Shown in pieces: positions 56,320 through 64,000 of a DNA stretch of 64,000 bases (positions are counted from its first letter, which is position 1; the number at the start of each line of letters is the position of its first letter). This stretch comes from Armatimonadota bacterium. GTDB lineage: Bacteria; Armatimonadota; UBA5829. The stretch covers positions 28,208 through 92,207 of the forward strand of contig JBDKUO010000067.1 of the NCBI GenBank assembly GCA_039679645.1, written 5' to 3'. Position numbers and translations under genes: made by a program. The notes under the pieces are model-generated. The model searched no databases. It saw only the letters and a list, made by a program, of their open reading frames with translations, and was not told where the DNA came from.

Positions 56320-57323
56320 GCAAAGTTTCTCCGACACTAGGCGACATGCTCGAAAGCTACTTTCGCCGTCGACTGATAACACAGCAACGAGCCAGCATCG
56401 AGACTATTCGCGGGTATCGTGACGCTCTTCGACTGCTAGTAATTTTTGTCGCCGAGCAGCTACAGACGGCTCCCGAGCGCTTGAGTATTCAAGACCTGGA
56501 CCGCGACGTGATTCTGGCATTCCTCGACCACTTGGAGGATTTTCGGCATAATTGCGTACGCACGCGCAATAACAGGCTGGCCGCAATCCGAGCGTTCATG
56601 CAGTATGTGGCCTACATGGACCCGGGAGCGCTGGGTGTGGTACAGCGGGTACTAGCCATTCCCAATAAGAAGTACGTCAAACCAATTCTTGGCTATCTCA
56701 CCCGCGAAGAACTGGACGTTCTGCTCAATGTGCCGGATCAGGCAACAAGACAGGGGCGGCGGGATCATGCCTTGCTTCTGTTTTTCGCGCGGACTGGCGC
56801 ACGTGTTTCAGAGGCTGTCAGGGTGAATGCGGTGGATATCTGCTTGAACTCACCTTGCCAGGTTCTGCTGCACGGAAAGGGTATGCGGGACAGGTCGACT
56901 CCAGTTGCTACAGACTTGGTGGCCGCGCTTCGCTCATTGTACGAGGAACGCCGTATTACCACAAGCGACAATGTGCCGGTATTCGTCAGTGCGACCGGAC
57001 AGAGGCTGACCAGATACGGGGTCACGCATATGATCCGACGGATGGTCGCCACAGCGGCTGAGCGGAATTCAAGCATTGCCGGACGCAAGATAACGCCACA
57101 TACTTTGAGGCACACGACGGCCATGCATATGCTCCAGTCAGGTGTAGATTTGAACATGATCCGATGCTGGCTTGGACACGTCAGCCTCGATACCACCCAC
57201 CATTACATAGAAGCCGATGTTGAAATGAAACGTCGAGCACTGGAACAAAGCGGCGTGGTTGCACCACGGCAGGCGCGCTACCAGCAGACGGACAGGATAC
57301 TGACAATACTGGAAAACCTGTGA
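56316..57323 (+). CDS. Tyrosine recombinase RitC-like (element 2)
   Basis: Paralog of 52482-53492; ATGA overlap. Confidence 0.8.
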   Translation: MSKVSPTLGDMLESYFRRRLITQQRASIETIRGYRDALRLLVIFVAEQLQTAPERLSIQDLDRDVILAFLDHLEDFRHNCVRTRNNRLAAIRAFMQYVAYMDPGALGVVQRVLAIPNKKYVKPILGYLTREELDVLLNVPDQATRQGRRDHALLLFFARTGARVSEAVRVNAVDICLNSPCQVLLHGKGMRDRSTPVATDLVAALRSLYEERRITTSDNVPVFVSATGQRLTRYGVTHMIRRMVATAAERNSSIAGRKITPHTLRHTTAMHMLQSGVDLNMIRCWLGHVSLDTTHHYIEADVEMKRRALEQSGVVAPRQARYQQTDRILTILENL

Positions 57324-57478
57324 GGATTATGTAGCGCAAAACCGGCGTCGGGGAGCCTGAAAAAGCACCCGACGCCACATAATCGCACGCGACGCATAAC
57401 ATCTGCTTGCTAACCTCCAGGGCGACTCGGCATTCAAGTATGGCCGCAAATCCAAAAAAGCTAAGGAGGCGGCAGTCA

Positions 57479-57694
57479 ATGCATAACATCAGGGTCCTAG
57501 TTCCGAAAGCAGTTATGGACGGCATGCTGGCTATTCGTAGCTCAGGCAGAACTAATATGTTCGACTTATCTGAAGTAGTGCGCATCGCGGTTGAACTCGA
57601 TTATATAGAAACTGCGATGCGGATAGAGAACAATCGCGCCAAATTCTGCCTTGGGATATTTCACGGATTCAAAGTAATGGAAGGAGAGCGCTGA
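57479..57694 (+). CDS. Small hypothetical protein upstream of amidotransferase (ORF open from 57407)
   Basis: 72-95 aa ORF; could alternatively be displaced C-terminal remnant of the disrupted operon. Confidence 0.25.
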   Translation: MHNIRVLVPKAVMDGMLAIRSSGRTNMFDLSEVVRIAVELDYIETAMRIENNRAKFCLGIFHGFKVMEGER

Positions 57695-58488
57695 TGTGTG
57701 GACAGACTGGGGTCATCTATGGACCAAAAAAGAGACAGTCGGAGGAGCAGACATATCTGAAGTGGCTTTTTATACATTTGCTGCTATTGAGTGAGAGGCG
57801 AGGACCTTTCGCGACCGGTCTTGCCTGGCTGAAAAAAGATGGCAGTCACTGCATTTTCAAACGTCCGATGCGCGCAGTTGAGTTTGTGAAGATGAAACAG
57901 TTTGTTGATGCGATAGCCTATGTTGACAACTCAACGACCTGGCTTGCCGGACATACCCGCTGGCCTACACGCGGTTCGATAGAGAGAATTGAAAATGCAC
58001 ATCCCATTCGCTCGGGATATGTCTTGGGCACTCATAACGGCACTATTGCAAATGCAGACGAATTGTTCAAAGAGTTTGACCTGCCAAGGTTTGCTGAGGT
58101 AGACAGCGAGATAATCTTCAGAATGACCGATGCTGATATGAAGAACGGTCGTATCGATACCGATGTGCTCAAGAGCCGACTCGCCCTTTGCAGTGGGCAG
58201 ATAAGCGCGGTAATGGCATCTAAGCTCGATCCCCAAATTGTAGTCGTGGTAAAGGGCAATATGCCCCTGGAATTGAGATATCATCCGGAGCACAGGGTAG
58301 TAGTATATGCCTCAGATTCCACGTATCTCAATACCGCGCTTTCTCGTGAGAAGGGCTGGCGACGGATAGCAGCGAAACCTATGAGCATAATGACTTTTCA
58401 CATTGACAACCTGCCGAATTTTGAAAGCGTGCCGTTTCGGTTAGCCGGAGTGTCTGTTGCTAACTTCGAGCGTTTTACAGGTCGGTAG
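57694..58488 (+). CDS. Class II (Ntn) glutamine amidotransferase domain protein
   Basis: N-terminal MCGQ (Cys2 nucleophile after Met removal), GHTRWPTRGS (HxRxxTxG), HNGTIAN; 264 aa. Confidence 0.7.
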   Translation: MCGQTGVIYGPKKRQSEEQTYLKWLFIHLLLLSERRGPFATGLAWLKKDGSHCIFKRPMRAVEFVKMKQFVDAIAYVDNSTTWLAGHTRWPTRGSIERIENAHPIRSGYVLGTHNGTIANADELFKEFDLPRFAEVDSEIIFRMTDADMKNGRIDTDVLKSRLALCSGQISAVMASKLDPQIVVVVKGNMPLELRYHPEHRVVVYASDSTYLNTALSREKGWRRIAAKPMSIMTFHIDNLPNFESVPFRLAGVSVANFERFTGR

Positions 58489-58586
58489 GCTCGAAAATAT
58501 GAATATTGTCTGTGAGTCCCCAGGAGAAATCCGTATGAATCTGTCTGCCTTCTGGGGACAAGAATTTATCACAGAGAGTGATACTT

Positions 58587-59672
58587 CTACAGTCCGAGAG
58601 CATCCGCGCTGTTTTCTTCGAACAGACGGCCCAGACGGATATATCTCTTCAATGAACTGATGGATTTATGCCCGGTCTGTTGAGCAATAATGTGCTCAGC
58701 CACACCGGCTCTGCTTGCCTGAGTGCAGTGACCGGACCTCAGTGAGTGCCCGCTGTATTTCTCAGGGTCCAGCCCTGCTGCATTTGCAGCTCTTTTGACA
58801 ACCGTCCCTATCGCTCTTCTTGAAAGCCTGTCGGACACTAGATTGTTATATCTATCGAGTCCTCGGAAGATTGCACCCTCTGTAATCTGAGATATCTCCA
58901 ACCAGCGCTCGAGTGCAGCTACCGGGCAGGTATCGAAATTCTTGCCACGGGGGATACCCACTAATCGACCCTCTCCCTGCTGGTCGGTTTTACTTCGCCT
59001 CAGAAGAATAACAATACCTTCATCCCGATAGTTGATGTCAGCGACATTCAATCCAACGATTTCTGAGCGCCTGAATGCTCCGGCGAAACCTATGAGGATT
59101 ATTGCTTTGTCACGTATACCGAGAAATGTATCCGGCAGTGCCTCTACCATCCGCTTGATATCTTCCGACAGCAGAGCATCCACCGGCTTTGGCGGGCTGC
59201 CTATCTTCCTCGTCATTCCGTGCAGCAATTCTTTTATTGCCGGGTGACTTGTCGGGGTTGGATATCCGGCCTCACGATGAGCTGCGGCTATTGCGGCACA
59301 GTGTCTGCGGATAGTTGTAATGCGGAAGTTCTTCATCGCTAGTGATGTGAAGTAACAGCCGACAACATCCGGTGATGAAGGCATATAAGGAAGAGCGTGA
59401 CTTATACACCACCGCTCAAAGCCCTTCCAGTCACGCGCATATATCTCTTTCGTGGAATCGGCAATGGTGGTTGTGAGGAAGTTTTGAGCGTTTTCGAGGA
59501 GTTCAAGAAGCTCGGAATCAGCCCCCTCCGCAGCTTCCTGGAACACAATATTTCTGGTAGTCAGTGTAGCATGAGAATCTGTCATTTGCAAGCATTTTCT
59601 TCGCATTTCGGCAATTTTTCGGCCCGATAGTGCGATGAAAGGAGTTGCCGTGACCCTGAAGCATAAACGCAA
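58587..59672 (-). CDS. Tyrosine recombinase / phage integrase (likely start at 59585)
   Basis: RRSEIVGLNV, GHSLRSGHCTQASRAG, GHKSISSLKRYIR catalytic motifs. Confidence 0.8.
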   Translation of the reverse strand: MRLCFRVTATPFIALSGRKIAEMRRKCLQMTDSHATLTTRNIVFQEAAEGADSELLELLENAQNFLTTTIADSTKEIYARDWKGFERWCISHALPYMPSSPDVVGCYFTSLAMKNFRITTIRRHCAAIAAAHREAGYPTPTSHPAIKELLHGMTRKIGSPPKPVDALLSEDIKRMVEALPDTFLGIRDKAIILIGFAGAFRRSEIVGLNVADINYRDEGIVILLRRSKTDQQGEGRLVGIPRGKNFDTCPVAALERWLEISQITEGAIFRGLDRYNNLVSDRLSRRAIGTVVKRAANAAGLDPEKYSGHSLRSGHCTQASRAGVAEHIIAQQTGHKSISSLKRYIRLGRLFEENSADALGL

Positions 59673-59797
59673 ACCGGTGATAAGTCAAGGCGTTGGCAGC
59701 GAAAAGCGAAGAAATGATCTTCTGGCTTCCACGAATATTGTGTTATCGGTTTTTTACCCGTCTGATGGTCGATCTATGTGGTTGATGGAGGCTGTTC

Positions 59798-60043
59798 GTG
59801 AAGTTATATCGTCTGGTTGCAGTGATTCTGCTGGGTGGGCTTATCCTCGGCGCCGTAGGATATTGCTTGTGCAGCAGTATTGTTCCAATTCAGACACCGG
59901 CTTACATCGGAAATGTGCGGACCGGTATCTTTCATCGCAGGACATGCAGCTATCTGCCACATGAAAAGAACAGGTCGTATTTCGAGTCCAGAGAGGAGGC
60001 GATCGATGCAGGATACAGACCGTGCCGGAAATGCAGGCCGTAG
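59798..60043 (+). CDS. Membrane-anchored Ada-like zinc-binding domain protein
   Basis: N-terminal TM LYRLVAVILLGGLILGAVGYCLC; C-terminal TGIFHRRTCSYL...SREEAIDAGYRPCRKCRP closely matches Ada N-terminal Zn-binding motif. Confidence 0.55.
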   Translation: MKLYRLVAVILLGGLILGAVGYCLCSSIVPIQTPAYIGNVRTGIFHRRTCSYLPHEKNRSYFESREEAIDAGYRPCRKCRP

Positions 60044-60474
60044 TCTGCAGTTACTGTGGCCGGAACTGCTTGCCTTTGGGGGCTGTGTTTCCGGTTGCGG
60101 TCTTCCTGCAAAGAGAATGTTCTGTATGATTGAGTATAAGCTCGTCGGTTCCCAGAAGACGGTATTTCTGGATTTCAGTGTAGCATGGCAATCAAGCATT
60201 TGCAAATATATTTTCGCCTTATTGTTGATTTAAGCACACTTTCGGCTTTATCTAGTATTCAGTGCCTTAGCTCATATGCTTGTTCCTTCATTAACTTAAT
60301 AATCTCAGAACATTGAGTCTAATAGCTTCATCCCTGGTTCCAAGAATACCGTCTTATCGCATCTGGCACATTGTTAGAATGGTTGATTGACACCGGTATT
60401 GATAGATTTATTGATTTGCACAGAACAAAGAAATAAGACAAGAGATCATATTCATAACTTTATGCATTGAAGTG

Positions 60475-60503
60475 TTGACTTACTCTAGCTTGCCTGCTAT
60501 ATT
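60475..60503 (+). promoter_or_regulatory. Sigma-70-like promoter (TTGACT - 17 nt - TATATT) upstream of first secreted paralog
   Basis: ttgacttactctagcttgcctgctatatt read directly. Confidence 0.4.
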
Positions 60504-60539
60504 ATCCAAGGTGAAATTTGACTGTATGGAGGCAGTAAG

Positions 60540-61214
60540 ATGAAAATATTGATTATTGCACTTGTGCTGATAGTTATGGCAAGCGGTTTTGTTGTTGCAG
60601 ACAGCGTCACATATGATGTATATGAGGGGTGGAACCTTATAGCTGCGCCATTAGTTCCTTACAATTCCACTCCATCAAGTGCTTTCAGTGGTATTACGGT
60701 AATGAATCGTATTACTCGCTTTGATGCTGTTTCTGGCGGCGACGTTGCACTGACAATATATACTGAAGATGAATTCGGCAACATTCTGCTCGGTGATGGT
60801 TATTGGCTTTCCCAAAGCCAGGATGGATCAGTTACTATTGATGGCATTGCCGATGGTGTTCCCACTAATGGTGTGATAACAGATATGTGCATATCATTAC
60901 CAGGTGTTACGGATGGTGAAGGTGGATGGCATCTTATCAGCAATCCATATAACCATGAAGTTCCGGTTGGAGAAGACGGTGTAAACATCAAGTTTACTGA
61001 CGGCATAACACTTAAAACATGGAAAGAGGCTGCTGAGAGTGAATGGGTGTCAAATAATATGATCGGCTTCGATGGTTGTCTGGGTAGTGATCTTGATACA
61101 AGTTACACGGTATATGCCTCTATGAACAGCTTGCTTCCATTCCATGGTTATTGGTTGGCTACCTCTAGGAGCAACCTTTGCATGATCATCAGTGGAACTG
61201 CTGTTGCTGAATAA
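60540..61214 (+). CDS. Secreted hypothetical protein, paralog A (signal peptide)
   Basis: MKILIIALVLIVMASGFVVA; VTYDVYEGWNLIAAPLVP...; AT-rich region. Confidence 0.5.
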   Translation: MKILIIALVLIVMASGFVVADSVTYDVYEGWNLIAAPLVPYNSTPSSAFSGITVMNRITRFDAVSGGDVALTIYTEDEFGNILLGDGYWLSQSQDGSVTIDGIADGVPTNGVITDMCISLPGVTDGEGGWHLISNPYNHEVPVGEDGVNIKFTDGITLKTWKEAAESEWVSNNMIGFDGCLGSDLDTSYTVYASMNSLLPFHGYWLATSRSNLCMIISGTAVAE

Positions 61215-61410
61215 TGCTGAACTGCAGTTCTAAGAGGATAGCTCTATAGTCCGAGCACTTATTGTTTATATGATTCAGAAGCAGTCTAGTCACTTACAGG
61301 TTTCAGACCCTAGTTCTGGTTGTAACGATGTCAGTCATGGATGAGTATTGTGTATGAGTAAATTGCATTTCAATTTAATACACAAATTATAATCTTGAAT
61401 GGGTGAGTGA

Positions 61411-62085
61411 ATGAAATTAATAAGTGTGGTGCTTGCATTAGTTATTGTAGTATCCTGTTCAGCGCTTGCAGACGGCGTTACTTATGATGTCTATGATGAG
61501 TGGAATTGTATCAGCGCACCGCTTGTTCCGCTAAATTCCGATCCGTTGAATGTGTTCGATGGCATTCCAATTATTAATAATCTAACAAGATTTGATGCCC
61601 AAACTCAGGGTAATGTTGGATATGATGACCTTGATCCTACTGGATTTGGTAATGTCTTGCTCGGCGATGGTTTGTGGCTGCTTTCGAATGACGAATATAC
61701 AGTCAGTTACGAAGGAGTTGCAGATGGTATCCCTTCTGGTAGTGTAATGACTGACATATGTATATCGCTGCCTGGCGATTCGCTAGATGGTGAGGATGTT
61801 GGGGGTTATCAGCTAATCGGAACACCGTTCAATCATGATGTTCCTATGACTGTAAGCTCTCCTGGCGATAACATAAAAATAACAGATGGAACGCGGTTAC
61901 TCACATTGAAAGAAGCTGCTGATTCAGGATGGTGCGAAGCCTTTATGACTGGATATGATGCTACCATAGGGTCCCAGTTCTCATGCGGATACGATCTTTG
62001 TGATCGTGAAGAGATGGAGCCAGGATATGGTTATTGGTTCCTCACATATAAAGACAATCTCATAATGATTATTCCGGGCAGCTAG
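61411..62085 (+). CDS. Secreted hypothetical protein, paralog B (signal peptide)
   Basis: MKLISVVLALVIVVSCSALA; VTYDVYDEWNCISAPLVP...; same length (224 aa) and conserved blocks as paralog A. Confidence 0.5.
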   Translation: MKLISVVLALVIVVSCSALADGVTYDVYDEWNCISAPLVPLNSDPLNVFDGIPIINNLTRFDAQTQGNVGYDDLDPTGFGNVLLGDGLWLLSNDEYTVSYEGVADGIPSGSVMTDICISLPGDSLDGEDVGGYQLIGTPFNHDVPMTVSSPGDNIKITDGTRLLTLKEAADSGWCEAFMTGYDATIGSQFSCGYDLCDREEMEPGYGYWFLTYKDNLIMIIPGS

Positions 62086-62408
62086 TAATCCAACTGCTTA
62101 TTAGTTCCATACTCAGGTATCATATGTGGTTAGTATGCTTCCTTTGTTGATGAAATAAAAGGAACAAAGGTATCTAGCAGGGGGTCATACAAAGAAAACA
62201 ACGTCCATCTGGCCGGACAAGTTGGTGTGATTTTGTATGCAATTGATGAGCCTGATAAATTATACGGACATAGGTAATATAGCTCGCTTGGCACAATCCT
62301 TGCAGATAAGTTAGGTAAGGATAGCTGTGAGTATATGAATGCCAAAGTAATATGCACTTGATTCAGAAATCATCAAAATCGTAAACACAGAAGGAGACGA
62401 GGGCGATA

Positions 62409-64000
62409 ATGTATCGAAGATGGGCGTTTATACTGCTATTCGTAATTTTTACACTGGCAATACTGTTTACGGCTTCCACTGCCCGGGCAAGTCAGCCTTT
62501 TGACTGGTATACGGGCAGCGGGACAATATATAATGCGAAAACACTTCCAGACGGCAGCCATGTAGACTTGATTCTGGAAGACATCATTAAGATAAAGGAT
62601 AACTACATTGTAATTGCCGAACCGTTCAGGCCGAAAGACAGACTAATTGTACTCACCACTCCTGATACAGAACTCCGGCTGGGTCAAGTTATTGACTGTT
62701 CAGGAACACTTACCACTCTATCATCCGGCGAGCGTGCTCTTCAAAACGTTACAGTTCGAGGTTATGCTTCTGAAAACGGTGAACTGCTGTATCACCCCAA
62801 TATTATCAAGGCATTCCCTGGTGCTGCTCAGCAGACATGGCCATGGAAGACCGATCTGACAGTATATTATGTTGAGTCGGGCACAGCTTCATCGGCATCC
62901 ACATCGGATTCATCTGAGGTACCTAACTCTGATCCGGCTGAGGGGCCGACTTTTTATTCTAAGATATCCGACACGGATACCAGTACATCTACATCTGTCC
63001 AGACTCAAGGTGTGCACACACAGTCATATTACAGCAATATTCCTGGTCTGAAGACAAGTGCATCGATCGGTGATCCTGTGGAACTGCAGTGCAAGCAGAT
63101 TCTGGCTGTCGGCACCGAAACAATAAACAGCGTCACTTATAACTACGTTGATATTGCAGAGGACTCGTCCATTACGGACTCGATAAGGTGCTACTATAGT
63201 GACGGCAGCCCTACAACAAGCGACAGAATCAACAAAGTCACCGGGCAAGTTCAATATACGACTGAAATGGTGATCTGTGTAGATGATGGTCCAGACTACA
63301 ATCCTCAGATACTTGTTGGCCGATTGAGTATAGTTAACTCGAACACAATACCTTACGTTTTGAGCCAGGCTGATGGTGCATCTGCAAGTTTGACTGGCAA
63401 GGTCGTCACTGCGAACCAGACGGATTTCCCAGGGTCGATCTATATCCAGGAGCCATCCAGTTCCGGCAGCTTTGGTGGAATCCGCGTAAGCTATTCCGGC
63501 AGCACAATTGCTCGCGGCAGCCTTGTGAGTGTCACCGGAACGGTTGCGCTTGATTCTGATGGTGAACGCAAGATTTCGAGTGCATCTGTAACTGTAACCG
63601 ACACAGGTACGGTGCCGGGTGCATTGGGGATGCCGAACAAGATACTTGGCGGCGGCGAGTTTAACGTCAATACTCCCGGTGTGGATTATCCGACCGACAG
63701 CGGCACAGGACTCTATAACAAGGGTTTGCTTGTAAAGAGCTGGGGCAGAATAACTGCTGTAGATGCAACAAACAAGTTTTTCTACATCAACGATGGTACC
63801 GGCTTTGAAGATGGGTCAGGTAACACCGGCGTGAAGGTCAGTTGGGACTGGGCAACAAGCGGCAAGGCGGACATTATCGCACCATCTGTTGGTTGGTATG
63901 TATCTGTTGCGGGAATATCGAGCAGTGAAACGGATGCCAGTAGCAATGTGATTCGAGTCCTGCGTCTGAGAAGCTATGATGATATACTCGCATTCGATCC
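62409..64000 (+). CDS. Large secreted/surface protein, 5' portion (ORF runs off window end)
   Basis: Own translation: MYRRWAFILLFVIFTLAILFTASTARASQ... Ser/Thr-rich, >530 aa open to end of window; not in supplied track because no stop in window. Confidence 0.5.
   Translation, partial: MYRRWAFILLFVIFTLAILFTASTARASQPFDWYTGSGTIYNAKTLPDGSHVDLILEDIIKIKDNYIVIAEPFRPKDRLIVLTTPDTELRLGQVIDCSGTLTTLSSGERALQNVTVRGYASENGELLYHPNIIKAFPGAAQQTWPWKTDLTVYYVESGTASSASTSDSSEVPNSDPAEGPTFYSKISDTDTSTSTSVQTQGVHTQSYYSNIPGLKTSASIGDPVELQCKQILAVGTETINSVTYNYVDIAEDSSITDSIRCYYSDGSPTTSDRINKVTGQVQYTTEMVICVDDGPDYNPQILVGRLSIVNSNTIPYVLSQADGASASLTGKVVTANQTDFPGSIYIQEPSSSGSFGGIRVSYSGSTIARGSLVSVTGTVALDSDGERKISSASVTVTDTGTVPGALGMPNKILGGGEFNVNTPGVDYPTDSGTGLYNKGLLVKSWGRITAVDATNKFFYINDGTGFEDGSGNTGVKVSWDWATSGKADIIAPSVGWYVSVAGISSSETDASSNVIRVLRLRSYDDILAFD

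Larger units (their letters stand above)
53885..57400. mobile_element. RIT element 2: second recombinase trio with terminal inverted repeats
   Basis: 53885-53960 is reverse complement of 57324-57400 (66-nt perfect core gttatgcgtcgcgtgcgattatgtggcgtcgggtgctttttcaggctccccgacgccggttttgcg). Confidence 0.75.

Noticed and set aside
1-64000. tRNA or other structured RNA genes (attB is often a tRNA)
   Set aside because: No cloverleaf-like sequence was recognised by eye. Cannot be excluded without tRNAscan/Infernal.

Overview
The window reads as one large temperate phage (prophage) genome of about 58 kb, contractile-tailed and myovirus-like with a P2-type baseplate gene set, followed by nested mobile elements and a low-GC islet. 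No rRNA, tRNA or CRISPR array was recognised.

Gene order, left to right:
- Left end, minus strand: large serine recombinase (runs off the window start) with its DUF2924-like partner, an M15 peptidase endolysin, and an ECF-type sigma factor.
- ~3.6-12.2 kb, plus strand: replication and recombination module (Cas4/RecB-like PD-(D/E)XK nuclease, Sak4/AAA_24 ATPase, DUF669-like gene, ERCC4-like nuclease, RecD2-like helicase, and a 1111-aa zinc-finger/TOPRIM primase fused to a P-loop NTPase).
- 12.3-15.1 kb, minus strand: one 940-aa gene in a visibly AT-richer islet, encoding an N-terminal DUF4062 (TIR-like) domain fused to a NACHT NTPase. This is the best candidate for an accessory defence system.
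- 15.1-15.7 kb: a repeat-rich non-coding region.
- Packaging and head module: TerS, TerL, portal, MuF-like head protein, a 1277-aa protein with two tandem Dam-like (D12-class) methyltransferase domains, and the major capsid protein. A VapBC toxin-antitoxin pair plus a tyrosine recombinase sit between TerS and TerL.
- Tail module: sheath, tube, a tail chaperone with a -1 frameshift site, tape measure, LysM protein X, D, V spike, PAAR, W, J, I and a repeat-containing tail fibre. A RelE/ParE toxin-antitoxin pair is inserted within it.
- After the fibre gene: a frameshifted amidoligase, which is C-terminally truncated by two tandem 'recombinase in trio' elements (six tyrosine recombinases with long terminal inverted repeats), then its likely partner class-II glutamine amidotransferase, another tyrosine integrase, an Ada-like Zn-ribbon membrane protein, and a low-GC islet with two secreted paralogs and a large surface protein running off the window end.

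A 40-bp sequence with an invariant AGTACATATCAA core occurs four times, each time in front of a plus-strand operon, and looks like a phage-specific promoter.

All calls come from reading the translations and the DNA by eye. No database searches were run, and GC differences are visual estimates.
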